From: Monocercomonoides exilis PA203
Taxonomy: Eukaryota > Protista > Preaxostyla
Assembly (NCBI GenBank): GCA_001643675.2
Contig: LSRY02000087.1
Coordinates: forward strand, 1-37,991
DNA length: 37,991 nucleotides
Direction: 5' to 3'
The position numbers and the translations under genes were made by a program. The notes below the pieces were generated by a model. That model was not told the origin of the DNA, did not search any database, and was given only the letters and a program-made list of their open reading frames with translations. This document shows, in pieces, positions 21,612 to 34,583 of the stretch (position 1 is the stretch's first letter; every line of letters begins with the position of its first letter).

Positions 21612-24600
21612 TCAGTTGCTTCCTTCCCCACTGAACCTGCTGTATTTCCTGTAGCTTCCTGATTCTTCCTCCAGCCCAATCGCATCGGTCACTGTGAGCA
21701 TGACTGTCCCGGCCGGGAACAGCCCAATTAGCACCCGCTTCACATCTGTCAGAGTGCACCTGTCCCTCGCCTCTTGCGAAAAGCACCCTTTCACCAGCCC
21801 TTCCAGCCTGCTCCCTTCCAGTCCTCCCGTCTTCGGCCGCTTTCCTTCTTTCAGCCACATCCCCGCCACCTCTGCTTCATACTCGCCAAACGGGATCTCC
21901 AGCGTCAGACTCTCCCACAGCATCATCCCAATCGAGAACACAACTGTCTTCTTTGTGGCTCCCAGATCTTTGTTCATCAGCAGCTCTGGCGCCTTCCACC
22001 GCAGACACTCTTTCCGGTTGTCATCCTCATCCTCAAAGGCCGACGAAGGTGGTGGTGATTTTGAGAATCTCTCGCTCTTCACAGAAACATCAGAGGAAGA
22101 GGTGACAATTGTCGAGGTGGAAGAAAAAGTGGATGAAGTGTCTGAGTCTGAGGAGCAGTCGGAGTGGAGTGCAATGCAGATCACCATGTGCTCAGAAAAC
22201 AGCACGATGTGAGGGCTGAGGTTGGCAAGAGAAGGCAATTCCTGTTCTTCATCAAATGAGTGGAGGGCAAGGTTGGCCACCCAGAACAGGATCTGAGCAG
22301 CCGAGACCTCCCGCTCCTGCAGAGTGCCTATCGCCATCTCTTTCTTCTCATTCCTTCCATGAAGCAACATGAACAGCGAATCCCTCAAGTCCACAATGAG
22401 CTTCTCATGTGGCGATGAACAGGCCATTGCATCCACCAGATTCGACATCGATGAGGTGGTTGGACACAGATCCTCTCCTCGAACAAATGTTGTGTCTGTG
22501 TCTGTAGTGTCTGTTGTTGAGGTGGATGAAATGGATGGCGATGGTGTTCTTTTCCTCGTCTCTTCCTCATCTTCAACCTTCTCAAGCATCCATTGAGGGA
22601 TCTTGTCTGAATCTCTCCCCAAGATGTATTCTGTTGAGCCACTCTCACTCAACAAATGCTCTGATGACTCTGAATGTCCCAAGCTTTTCTCATACACTCT
22701 CTTCTTTATCCTCTCTTCATTCTTCTTCTCTGCCTCCCTCTCAGCTCTCCTCCACTGCTCCTCGGGTGACATCTCCATCGTCACCATCTCAAACGCTTTC
22801 GGATCCTTCTTCACTGTGTCTTCAACAATCACTTCCAGCTCTTCTGTTCTTCTCTTTGCTTTCCGGACTATAAATATAATCAATGTTATTAAAAGAATTA
22901 CTACTACTGCGATGCAAACAATAACTGGCCATGATGCATTTGGGCTTTGTGCTCCTTCTGTTATTTTCTCATCGCCAAAGCTCTTCTGCTCGCTCCTGTT
23001 CTTCAGGATGAAAGAATCAGTTGGTCGCCGAATGCTCTCGTCTCCAAACAGAATGCACACTGACACTTCAACCTCTTCCGATACTCCATTTATTTTTGTG
23101 GAAGGTATCCAGCTGTGAATCTCAGTTTCAGATTTGTAGTCGCTCTCATTCATATTTTGCTTTTCTATTTGAGACTCACTTCCAATTGAAAAAGCTATCT
23201 GAACTGTCAGATTGCATGGAAGAAGAAGCCTTCCGATGAATGTGAGCTCTGTTGTAATTTCTCCTTTTTCCATCTTCACCGACTCTAGCACAGGGATAAA
23301 AAATGATGATGCTCGCTCTGAAGCAATTCCACCAAGCACACAATTGCTATTTGCAATCCACATGGATGTGCTTGGCAACATGCCGTCTCCTCCTTTCAGG
23401 CTTGCGATTGACAGCATGCCACGATCAGCGCATGCTATATTCCTTCGTGCAGATGGATATCCTTTCACCTTTGCATTGTTGTCCCGAAACTCCCCTTGAT
23501 CTATCATCACATTCCCTCCAGACACAAATAATCCCCCGATTGGCGATTCTGATATGGTGGTGCCTCTTATTATTGTCTCAGACTGTTGCAGGGCAACTAG
23601 TGATCCATTCCATTTGCATATCTCGCTTCTTGGCGTCTTTGACTCCACGGTGTCGTCCATTCCTTTCCCGCTAAAGCTGCAGTATTCAATTTCTGTTTCA
23701 TGGCATCTATCAGAAGATAGCAACATGCCATTCTGCACAAGTGCCGAGCATCTGCTAAAAGTGATGTTTCGCATTCGCAGATTTGTTAAGCGCGTAAAAC
23801 AGAAAAGTGTTTGCTTTCTTGCCTCGATTGATATATTTTTAAATGAGCCCATTGAAAGAGAGTATTCTTCACTGTTTCCACTCCTCTCACCAGCATTTAT
23901 TCCCTGAAAGGCAAACAGCGCTCCACTGCCGCACACAACATCATGGCACTCGACTTTTTCCATGCCCAATAATTCGCATTCTTTTACAAGAATCGCATCA
24001 CATGCACAGAAAAGCGATTCCATGATTAGGGAAGTGCAGCGCAGCGTTGATTGTCCTTCACATGCTATCAGCGGACATTCTGACGATATCTGTCTCAGTG
24101 TTGTGTTTTCCAGTTGCAGACATCCCCTTGCCTCCACTTGCACCAAAATGGCATTTATCTTGGTGGAATCTCCCATCTCTGCATCGCTTCGAAACGAGCA
24201 CCTTGTCATTTGTGTTGTGCCTCTGCTGCACTCCACAAAGCATCCATGACCACGCATGCTCTCTGCACAAACAACAAACGAAATCCCCCTGAAGAAAACT
24301 GCCTCCGAACACAGCACCACATACTGGCGTGTGCATTCCAGTTGTGTGCCAATGCGCAGAAGTGCAGTCTCTGATCCCCGCGATCGTATCGATACATTTG
24401 CCACGTCCACTTCCTTTCCAATCAACCCTTCTCCAACAACCACAATCTGGCTTTCAAAGTCATATGTGAGATGGCCAACAGCATACCCAACCGACAAGCA
24501 TGGAAGCGCCTGAGTTCCACAGTTTTTGCTGTCTTCACTTGCTGATCCATCATCCGAGCTCGTGAAGATCGTGTCATTCTGATATATCACAATAAACTCA

Positions 24601-25973
24601 ATCAGATTCACTGCCTCCACACACAACTCTGCTCTGTCTATTCCAAATATTGCATTCAGCCTGTTGTACTTCGATTCTCTCAGATCAAACTGGAACTGCG
24701 TCTCGTTGATCTGCTCTTTGATGTTGTTGCACTCCACAAACAAATCCCTCCCGATATGCGCAATGTTCGAGTCGAACTTGATATTAGCAAAAAGCATGTT
24801 CAGGCTTCCTGCATGCACAGCCTCAACATAGAAGCCGCCTCCACACCCATTCTGTGCCGAACAGCTGCACAGCCCAATCGTCGAACCCCTCACGTCCAAG
24901 CATCCGCCAGAGCTCAATCGAAACAGAATTGCCCCTCCTTTCTGCGAATTGCTGCTTGTGCACATTTCAAGCATACTCGAATTAATGCAAAGTTTGCTTC
25001 CACTGCCTCTTCCTCCAACAACCACAACGCTTCCGCTCTCTCCGTTGTTTGTGATATTCTTGAATGAGCACTTGTTTAATGAAATCCCTGCTCCAGCGTT
25101 TTTGCTGTTCATTTGCTCAGAGTCGTCATCTCTCATGCTAATTATGCATCCTTCTTCAACATTTATCAATTCTGCACTGACAGAATCCAACACACAATCC
25201 ACATGAGACGCTATTTCCATCAAACTTCTTCCAAACGATGAGCGGCTCACTGTCATTCCTTCCAGCAGCACAGCCCCTCTCAGCACAACGACAAATGAAG
25301 CGCTATTTTCCAGCAAAGCTCTGCCGTTCATCCAAGCCTCGCAGCTCGTCAACCTCAAGTTCCCATCTTCGCTGACAATCACCCCGTTTTCCTCGTTTGA
25401 AAACCCCTCTGCCACAACAAACGAGATCTTTTCAAAACAAAGCACCCCTGCATTTCGCATGCACACGTCATGTTGTTCGTCATCGCCCTGCACGACGCAA
25501 AGCTCAGCTCTTGATTGCTCCTCTTCTTCCTCCCCAATCGACTTCACTTCATAATCCGAAAGCACCCCATTCTCCTTGTAGTTGCAGCCTCCATCGATCA
25601 CAACTATTTTTGTGGGGGACTCTGACTCAAATTGCTTCACCCCGTGAGTCCAGCTCCTGCACGGATCCTCTGCTCCTCCACATCGCAACAAGTCATACCC
25701 GGCTCGAGCAATGTGCACTGTGCTTCCTTTGTACTGCACAAGAAACCTCAGAAGCGTTGTTTCATTATGCACTGCATCGCTTCCCATCAGCCCATTGTCA
25801 TCTTCCTTGACAAAATCCAACGAAAACATGAAGCTCGACTTTGTCACTGTGGCATTCAGGTCTTTACACGCAACAAACATGTGCTCCCCGATTTGTGCGT
25901 GATTCGCTGCAAAATTGACACTTTTCAGCAGCAAACAATTAGACTGAACGGCTTCTTTCCCATCAACATACAA
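21612..25973 (-). CDS. Uninterrupted C-terminal 1453 codons of copy 2
   Basis: 4.36-kb open frame. It matches copy 1 except just after the TM helix (VRKAKRR vs VRWRKQKRR, net 6-bp deletion). Confidence 0.9.
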   Translation of the reverse strand: MYVDGKEAVQSNCLLLKSVNFAANHAQIGEHMFVACKDLNATVTKSSFMFSLDFVKEDDNGLMGSDAVHNETTLLRFLVQYKGSTVHIARAGYDLLRCGGAEDPCRSWTHGVKQFESESPTKIVVIDGGCNYKENGVLSDYEVKSIGEEEEEQSRAELCVVQGDDEQHDVCMRNAGVLCFEKISFVVAEGFSNEENGVIVSEDGNLRLTSCEAWMNGRALLENSASFVVVLRGAVLLEGMTVSRSSFGRSLMEIASHVDCVLDSVSAELINVEEGCIISMRDDDSEQMNSKNAGAGISLNKCSFKNITNNGESGSVVVVGGRGSGSKLCINSSMLEMCTSSNSQKGGAILFRLSSGGCLDVRGSTIGLCSCSAQNGCGGGFYVEAVHAGSLNMLFANIKFDSNIAHIGRDLFVECNNIKEQINETQFQFDLRESKYNRLNAIFGIDRAELCVEAVNLIEFIVIYQNDTIFTSSDDGSASEDSKNCGTQALPCLSVGYAVGHLTYDFESQIVVVGEGLIGKEVDVANVSIRSRGSETALLRIGTQLECTRQYVVLCSEAVFFRGISFVVCAESMRGHGCFVECSRGTTQMTRCSFRSDAEMGDSTKINAILVQVEARGCLQLENTTLRQISSECPLIACEGQSTLRCTSLIMESLFCACDAILVKECELLGMEKVECHDVVCGSGALFAFQGINAGERSGNSEEYSLSMGSFKNISIEARKQTLFCFTRLTNLRMRNITFSRCSALVQNGMLLSSDRCHETEIEYCSFSGKGMDDTVESKTPRSEICKWNGSLVALQQSETIIRGTTISESPIGGLFVSGGNVMIDQGEFRDNNAKVKGYPSARRNIACADRGMLSIASLKGGDGMLPSTSMWIANSNCVLGGIASERASSFFIPVLESVKMEKGEITTELTFIGRLLLPCNLTVQIAFSIGSESQIEKQNMNESDYKSETEIHSWIPSTKINGVSEEVEVSVCILFGDESIRRPTDSFILKNRSEQKSFGDEKITEGAQSPNASWPVIVCIAVVVILLITLIIFIVRKAKRRTEELEVIVEDTVKKDPKAFEMVTMEMSPEEQWRRAEREAEKKNEERIKKRVYEKSLGHSESSEHLLSESGSTEYILGRDSDKIPQWMLEKVEDEEETRKRTPSPSISSTSTTDTTDTDTTFVRGEDLCPTTSSMSNLVDAMACSSPHEKLIVDLRDSLFMLLHGRNEKKEMAIGTLQEREVSAAQILFWVANLALHSFDEEQELPSLANLSPHIVLFSEHMVICIALHSDCSSDSDTSSTFSSTSTIVTSSSDVSVKSERFSKSPPPSSAFEDEDDNRKECLRWKAPELLMNKDLGATKKTVVFSIGMMLWESLTLEIPFGEYEAEVAGMWLKEGKRPKTGGLEGSRLEGLVKGCFSQEARDRCTLTDVKRVLIGLFPAGTVMLTVTDAIGLEEESGSYRKYSRFSGEGSN

Positions 25974-28900
25974 AGCGCCCCTTTCCCATTCTCTTCAGTG
26001 CATGCACACCCTTCCAGTGTGCATCCCTCCATCTTTACCGAATCACCGCCACTCGTTTTGATTTGCATCAGCCCTCCTTCCTTGCTTGATCTCGTTTGAG
26101 CCGTGCTGAATGAGCTGTTTATCGCACACATTGTGCCACGAACAGAAAAGGGAGCAGAAGCATACTCGCCAGACGATGTGTACGAACTGCTTTCAATAAC
26201 AAGCTCGCCCCCTGTGACTGATACAGCCACATATTGAACTGCAGCGCCACTCGCTTTGGATATGGAGCAGTTGATAATCGACAGCAAAGAGCTTGCAGAC
26301 GACGAAGCAATCATCGAACGAACGGCAGATGATGCTGTTGGGGAAATGAGAATTTGATTGTGCGGAACAACAGCGCCTTGGCATTCCAAAACACTGCACC
26401 AGATATCCCATCCTGGATGTCATGTGAAATGTGCAGTTTGCTGTATTCTTCTGCTGGCAACGAAGCAACAACAAATGAAGACATATCGTATCCGCGACTG
26501 ACTGTTGCACCCTCCTGTATTGCCAGCTCCTTTGGATCTGCGTCTGCCTGCGTGTTGCAATAGCCTCTCCAAAATGACTGGCAGGGATGCATCAGCACCC
26601 CGCAGCCCAAAGTGTCATACCCTTCGCTGGACACAACAGCCTGCATGCAGTGCGCCTGAATAAGAAACAGCCTCAAATCCACTGGAGAGGGAAAGCGCGT
26701 TGCATCAATACCCTTCAGATCAGCAGCCTTCCCGTCGCTCCCACTTGCCAGCTCAAACCTGAACCTTTCTTGTGTCACCGATGCATTTAGTTCTACACAT
26801 TCCACAAACATGTCCTTCCCTCAAAGGCATCATTCTCACTCAACTGAATATTTTTGAAGTAAAAATCTCCACCAAACCCGGCACACAGCTTGACGAACAG
26901 GCATCCTCCATAACCTTTCTCATTGTCGCATGCCCAATGGCTCATTGCCCCAGATTCTATCTTCAGCTCTGCTTCCTTGCTCATTTCGCAGCAAGCAAAA
27001 CTCCCATTCACTGAACTTCGCCCACAACCCTCAAGCGCACACTCCTCGCCCATCATCAAGCTCGACCCTTCCTTCACAGTGACAAATCGTCCTTTCTCTG
27101 CTCTTGCATGGCTCACGTTCATCATGCTGAATTCCACCCGAGCATTGCCTCTGCTTTCAAACATATTCGGGCCATCTGTTGCAATGTGGGAAATTGTGAC
27201 GTTTTGGCAAACCATTTCTCCACCAAGGCAAAGTCCAATCCCACATTCATTGCAAAAATCAACACTTTCAAACTGAACAGAACTCATCTCAACTGCACCT
27301 CCGGTTTCATATACCAGCCATCTTGTCACCTCTGATTGGTCTTCATCTCCTCCTTCGCCTCCTCTTCCAAATGCACAATCTGTCACTGCGCATCGTCCGC
27401 AGCTGATAGCAAAGACAGAATTCAACTCAAAAGAAGATACCGAAGATAATTGTGAAGAAGTTAATGCTGGCGAAAGTTCTGTTGCAAATCTGAAAGTCAA
27501 GCCTCGAAGCGAAAGGGATATGTTTTCATGAGACACACATAGCTGCCCGCTTTGTTTTATCTCCAGCTCTGGGTGAATTGCCTTTGCCCCTTCAATTGCG
27601 AGCGATGAGTCTCGATCAATAACTGATCCCAAAAATGTGCCCGACACAATCCTTATTGTGGTCTGATTTTCGTTCATTGCTTTGAACCCATGCAACACAT
27701 CGCCACATGGTGTTTCTTCGTGCCCACACCCCTCTGAATTTATCACTGTTCCATCAACAAATACAATCTCCTCGCCTGCCGGAAAAAGCATAACTAATAT
27801 CGAAGTGTTGATTACCACTCCAGAACTCTCATCATAAACCCAAAACCGCTCTTTTTCATCATCCTCTTCGACTGTTCCTTCCCACAACTCCTGATACAGC
27901 ATCTTTCTCGCCTGCGGGCAAATCACATACACATCTTTCCCCACGCTTGCTTTGTTCTCTGCAAATGTGTTGTGCTTCATGCTGTACTTTACACTCACAT
28001 CCACAAACCGAGCAAACAACCCTCCCCCAAACCCTGCTTCTTCATCCACCCCATTCTTTTCAAAAACGCACCCTCAATAATCAGCTTCCCATTTCTCATC
28101 ACCTCCACAGCTCCGCACCCTCCCCTTCCAGCATGCTCCCCACAACTCACATTGCCAAATGTGCTCCCTCGGATCTCGCACTTGCACCCTTCTCCTATTT
28201 CTCCACTGAATGCCCCTCCACTCCCTGCTGTTCTCGACACGTTCCAGATGCTCAGCCCTTTCATGTTAACGGATGCGCACCCGCAAAACCACACCAAGCA
28301 GCTGTCTCCAAGAGCAGACGAATTCATCCAAGAATCATTCATGCTGAGCAATCCACAGCTTTGCCCACACACAACTCCTCTTTCTCCTTCCACAGAAATA
28401 CCCTCAAACTTCACCCCACTTAGCTCCACTTTTGAGTCCAGCCCTCTTCCATCCACAAGCCCATGTTGCACAGCACACAACTCCATCGCTGAAAAATCAT
28501 CCATCACAAGCATCCCTCCTTCCACACTAACAAATGAATAATCAATCCTCCTTGAGTCTGCCTCAACCTTCGCCAAACACCTTCTGAGCTCCAGTTTGTC
28601 TTTGCTGCACCTCAGAAAGCTTTCACGTTGGTAGTTAAATGAAGGCGGCATCCCAAATGAGACATCTTCAAAAGTGATGTTCTTTTTGGTCTCTATCAAC
28701 CAGTCGGATTCTCCTTCTCCTTCTCCATGGACCATTCTTTCGTGGCTGTTGCCTTGGGTGTTGATGGTCATTTCTTGAGCATCCAGAATTATGGAATCGC
28801 AAAACCCAAAGTCTGCAAGAAGCGTAACCACCACGTTTTCCGATCCTTTTCGCAGTGCTGCAGCATGCACAATTCCTCTGCACGGATAATCCTCAAACCC

Positions 28901-31900
28901 GCATAATACATAATCGCACCCTTTGTCTCCAACAAACACATTCCCTGCGCTTTCTCGAAAGAACACAACAAGCGGAATCGGATTCTCTCTTGCTCCATTT
29001 TCCATCCCCATCAAATCCCACAGCCTGGGCGACTCTTCAACTTTCTTCATAAAGTCAAAGTTGAACGAGCCTTCATTCACCACCATTGATAAATTCACAC
29101 ACGAAACAAACACATTGTTTCCTCCCTTGTCAGCCATGTTCGCTTTTTCCCCTTCTCCAAATTTCACCCCCGCAATTATCATATCACTTGCCTCTTCAAT
29201 GCACTTCACCAGCATTCCTCCTCCAAATCCCTTCAATCCGCCACATTCGCCAGCCAGCGCTCGGCATCCTTCAGCCAGCATTCTATTCCCACTCTCTCCG
29301 ACACGAAGTCTTGCTGTCTTCGACAACTCCACAAAGCATCCTCCTCCGCTTCCTCCACTCACAGTGCAGTTCTCCATGTTCACATCGTTCAGCTCAAGCA
29401 CCATCCCTTCATCCAACATCCCAAACAGCACACATCCTTTTTCTCCGTTCCTTGACAAGCCTCTGAACGTGCAGTTCCTCACTCCCATCCACTTTCCCAG
29501 CTTATCTGCCAGCCTCACGCTGCCTGATCTGTCATCTGCCCCTTCCTCTGAAAATGTCGTGTTTCCTATTTCCAGAGTGCCAGATGATGCATAGACAACG
29601 CATCCATCTGTTGCTTCCGAACCCTTTGCATTCATCATTGTGCATTCATCCATGGTGCAGCTTCCTTCTCCTGTGATCCAAATCATGGCTCCACACGCAC
29701 ACACAGCATTCCTGATGGTCACATCATTCAACGTTGTCTGCCCTCCTGTGCAGGCGATCATGGAATATGCAGCTGTGAGTGACGAGCGTACACTCAGAGC
29801 GCACGAGCTCAATGTCAAGACTCCACTTTTCGTGCATATTAGATAAAACCTCGTGTTCAAGCTCGCTGGCCCAGTAATCTTCAGTCCCGTAAATGTTGTC
29901 GCACAGCTTGTCTCTATCATCCCATCCTGTTTCTTTGCAGCATTTTCGAACACGTCTATTTGAGAATATACTGATGTGCCGTTCAGCACAAATACTCCGC
30001 TGACAAGACTTGCCTCCGAGTATAGCGGCACAGTGTTTGATATTGATGCGTTGAGTCCGTTTTCCTCCACCCACCGAGCCATCACAAAGTCCATCGTTTC
30101 GCACCCGTGTCCAGCATATCCACATCTGTCGAAATCTTTTTGTTATCTCCACCAACCATAACTGGCTCAGGGTCGTCACGCAGATACAGCACCAACGGGA
30201 TTGCATATGTGCTGTTTCCTCCTTCATATCCCTCAAGCTCCTCTTCATTTGTGGTGTCAGCCACAAATCCGAGTGTGGCTTTTGTCACAGAAGCTGTGAA
30301 GTTGGGGGCTGTTAAAAACAGATTGTGTCCATGCCTGTCTGCTTGACATCCATCAAACTTCACTGCATTCAGCCCCATATTCACGTCACTGCTATTTGTC
30401 TCCAAATACATCCCTCCTCCATATCCCCCACTCCCTGCTGCAAAACTGCTTTGCACTTGCTCACAATCGTCTCCATGCTTCTTCCAATCTGCAGCTTGCT
30501 TCCGCCTTCCAGCACCAGTCTCAGCATTCCCCGTTTCCTCTTGGGCATGTCCCACTCATGTTTCCTCCATCTACAACCATTTCGCACCCCACTCCCAGCG
30601 TTCCGCGAAGGAAACACCCATCTCCTTGACCAGAAAGAGAGCAGTCTACGCTTGTCTCGCTCACATTGGTCTTCCTGGCTTTGTTCACAACAATCATCGG
30701 CTGCTTGCTTCCGCTGCTGCTTTCAAACGCACTCTTGCTGATTTTTGCCGTGGAGCCATCGCGAAGCACAATCAACCCTTCTTCTCCCCAGCTTGTCGTG
30801 TCAGCGAACGTTGCCTGCATCATCACCGTTTCAGACTCCGTTCCGCTGCACCTCACAAACGGCTCCACCAAAAGCACAAATGCTCCACAACAACACTGCT
30901 CATCAGCATCTTCCCTTTCTCACACGCACAAAACCAGAACGGGACAGACAGCACATCCGCATCGCCGCTCACCCGCGATGAAGAGAGCGTCAGCGCACCA
31001 TTCCCTTCCCCTTCGACTGCAAACACACAAGTCTGCGACTGTTTCAGTTCAGGCTCCAAGGCAAATGCCACAAGTGATATCTGCACACTGCTCCCCACCT
31101 TCACCATCTCGTACAGCCCACTCTCGTTCCCAACCATCCTCACCTCCGACATCCCTTCTTTCCCGCTCAAGTCATATCCCTCTGCTCCATCAAGCACCAG
31201 GCACTCTCTCCATGTGTAGCTCTTGTTGTACAGCACCAGATGCATCCCTTCCTGCTGCCCAAATGCATAGTCCATCGTCTTGCACTGATACTTTGCAAAT
31301 CCACATGCACTCACATCCACTCCCCGTCTCCCACACTCACTCGCGCTTCTCGCAGCTGCAGGAAATACACCAGCGGGATTCCAATATTCGGTGTTCTTCC
31401 ATCTTCTCCCTGCATCTCTTGCTCCGAGAAATACTCTGGATAGAACGGAAAATGTGCTTGAACAGTGCTTTTCTTGGGGTCACGGAGATTTGACAAACAC
31501 ATTTCGCCCCCAATCCGCATTGTTCTCCTCAAACAACGGGCGAGCCACACAGAAGTCTTCGCCTCCATCCTTCAGCACCAAACATATCCCTCCACCTCTG
31601 CTCTCTCCAGCAAAACCTCCTTCCCCACTCCGTTCTGCCCAGCATTGCTTCATCCCTGTGACTGAACTTTCTGATCCTATTCTCGCACAGCTTCCTCCAA
31701 CCATCTCCACCCAAATCGCTCCGCCATCCCCGCACTGCACCTGCACCCGGTCATCGTCACATTCCCAAACTCAAACATCTCTCCTGCCTCCAACGCCTTC
31801 TCTGCCACTCCCCGTTTCCATTTCTTTCTCGTTGTCTGAGGTTATATTCCCGCCTCGAACACAAACACTTCCTTCAGCACTCCACATCAGCAGACTGCAC

Positions 31901-33983
31901 CCTTCCAGACGCACATTCTCCACTTGGCAGTCCTCGATAGCAATCTTTCCCCTCCCTGCCACAAAAAGCGGCTCGTGAAACGACAAATCCACAGAGTCCG
32001 CTTGTATCGTGCAATTCTTTACATGCGCCAAACCCTCATACCCATCCACTGCAAACAGAGACGAACCCCTCGAATTTCCTGTATCATGAATCACTGTCCA
32101 CCCTCCAACTCCAGCTTCCCGCTACCCACACTGAACAGCGAGCCGCTTTCCACATCCGACCGAATCGTTCCATGTTCCATTGTTGCATCTTTGCTTATGC
32201 AAATCTCCAGCCCGGAGATGCTCACAGCCTTCTCCACACTCACCTCGCTGCACACCACAACCCCTGTGTGTCTGTGGCTCACCCACTGTGTCACCGCAAA
32301 CGCGATTGTCCTGCACTCTGCTCCATTCTTCCCGCATCCTGCATCATCGCTTCCCCAGCTGAGTCGACTCTCAGAGGATCGTACACTGCAGGCACATCTG
32401 GGAGCCACCCTGCTTTGTCTCCGTTGCAATACACTCTCCCGGTCTGACTTGATGTCGAATATGAATATATTATCCACTCTTTGGTTGCATTAACTGTATT
32501 ATTTGCTCTAAAATGGATATCATTCCCTTCATTTGTTGGGGATATGTTATTATCAAATAGGCAATATTTTATAAAGATCATTTTATTTGTATAAAACTCA
32601 AAACTGAGTGCTCCGGCAAAACCGTTTTCCACTTTTGAATCTTTGATCAAACTGTTGGTTATAGAATCATTGAATGTTCCATTGTATAAATGAAAAGAAC
32701 CTCTTGATACAATTGCTTCATTTTTGTCGAACAAGCAGTCAATAAGTTCCAATTTTTTATGCTGTTCAATGTTAAATGCTCCACATGTGCGAGAAAAGCA
32801 ATTTTTGAACTCGCATTGTTTCAAAATGTGAAAGCATTGAAAACAGCCAAAGCTCCTCCAAAAGGTTGAACTGATGAACAATTGCATGAGCACCCATAAA
32901 ACAAAGTGTTTAAAACAGTGCAATTCGCTCTTGTGAATGTGTAAACAGCACCTCCTCTTGGCATATTTTCTCCACAATAAGTTATTGAGCAATTTGTGAA
33001 AGTGCAACTTCTGAGTGTCAGAGAAGCACTCCCACCAACATTTAGTGCGCCTCCATTCCGTGTCGCTGATGTGCATGATTCAAATCTGCAACTGTCGAAC
33101 TCTATTTGTCCACTCGAAAACGAAGGCAGTGAAGTGTTGAAGCATTGATCCTTTTGAATGTCATGCGATCTGAGAAACGAAGAGTTGAACACGACTAACT
33201 TTGCGAGCCTCGTTGCACTCTCATCAACACTCAACAGTGATTGGTCACAGTCAACCAGCAAGATGCTGGAGACAAGAGATTTCTGGAGATGGTTTGCTTC
33301 TGAGAAAGCAGTGGTGCTGCTGTGTGCAATGTTTGTTGACACATTCATAAACACCACGTTTTCCATCGACATGTGCAAAAGAGACAGCGAACCAAACACA
33401 GACAAGAAGGGTGGAGTCGACAAGCACGAAAACGAAGTGTCTGACAAAAGGCTTTGCCACAGCCAATTTCGCCCTCTGCACTTTCTTTCCACTCAACAAG
33501 CGATGAAATCGAACGGTTTTGTGTTCGGAACAGCAAACTCAAATTGCAGATCTCTATCCTTCCGCCTTCTGCTTCACAAAATCTGGAAATCGCCTTTGCC
33601 CCAAATGACATAGAAACCTGCTTCAGAAAAAGAGACGAACAAGATGTCACTATCTGACACTGTCTTCCTGTGGGAAAGAAGGTGACTTTTGAGGCACAAA
33701 AAGTGCTGTTGTGCATTTCAATGAATGTGTCGATGGTCGAAGACACCGGCTTTGTGAAGTTCTTTTCCGCAATTTCGTTTTCGTGTTTCAAATTTGCATC
33801 TTCATCAACTGCAATGGACGGAGCACTTCTTCCTACTGAAATCGGTCCATTATCCATCTCGTCAAGGCCAAAGGAAACAACCCTCTTGCTGGCACTTTTT
33901 GAAAGATATTCAATTCTTGTGTTGGCGGCTAATTGAAAGGATATGGAAATGAATGCAGATATCAGCAAGCACTTGTCGAGCAT
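21612..33983 (-). CDS. Giant type-I membrane protein with beta-helix-like ectodomain and pseudokinase tail; frameshifted (copy 2, convergent with copy 1)
   Basis: Mirror of 4820-17201 with the same N-terminus (MLDKCLLISAF at 33983) and C-terminus (...FSGEGSN* at 21612). ORF pieces include 33345-33983, 32821-33492, 32291-33076, 27995-30094, 26793-28049 and 21612-25973. Confidence 0.82.
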
Positions 33984-34403
33984 GGAAACTTAAAACAGAA
34001 ATTAAAGTTTTTTTCAAAATTGGGTTTTTGATAACCCATTCTTTTTGAATCTTTATGTATTATGACAAATTCATTTTCTGTTCCATAGCTCATTAAGAAT
34101 GTGAATTATCTTTTTTCTAATTCAGTGCAATTAATCATTTTTTTAAACTGACTTATGATTGATCTTACATTTGTATGATTATCATTTTAATGGAAATGCA
34201 AATAAAATCCATTTGTTTATTTAATGTGGTTGTTTTCTTTCATTTTAGGGAAATAAATTAATTTTTAATATGAAAAAGAAATAAAGATTTTGGCAATCTA
34301 ATATTTCAAGTGATTGTTGAATTTTGTAACGATAAACGAACATTATTCTGGGGGAATTTTTATAATTTTCATCAAACATTCAAAAAGGATCATCAAATTT
34401 AAA

Positions 34404-34583
34404 TTAATGATAGTTGATACATTCCTTGTTGAGAAAATAACGCATTCTCTGAAAGCATGTGAAGCATTTTTCATTGTAATCTTCTTCCCCATCTTCTTCT
34501 TCACACTCAACAAAGTCATCATTGTCTTTTTCTTCTTCGTCTTCTTCGTCCCCAGCTAGATGAATTGGACATATTTTGTTCAT
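34404..34583 (-). other. Short acidic ORF (59 aa, MNKICPIHLAGDEEDEEEKDNDDFVECEEEDGEEDYNEKCFTCFQRMRYFLNKECINYH), possible small gene or exon fragment
   Basis: Manual translation; GAA/GAC-rich coding-like composition inside AT-rich DNA. The left-arm copy (~4254-4434) has one extra A near the start. Confidence 0.3.

Larger units (their letters stand above)
19496..34054 (-). repeat. Right arm of giant inverted repeat (14,559 bp)
   Basis: Reverse complement of 4750-19343. Net 35 bp shorter, largely through shorter homopolymer runs. Confidence 0.97.

Noticed and set aside
4867-33936. Dozens of antisense and alternate-frame ORFs (60-340 aa) overlapping the giant genes
   Set aside because: Shadow frames of a G-rich, stop-poor coding strand; Pro/Ser/His-rich with no motifs.
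4750-34054. Palindrome as a pure fold-back read or amplification chimera
   Set aside because: The arms exit into diverged homologous sequence with a one-sided MITE insertion and then into different unique genes, which a simple fold-back would not produce. A misjoin of two paralogous loci is still not excluded without reads.
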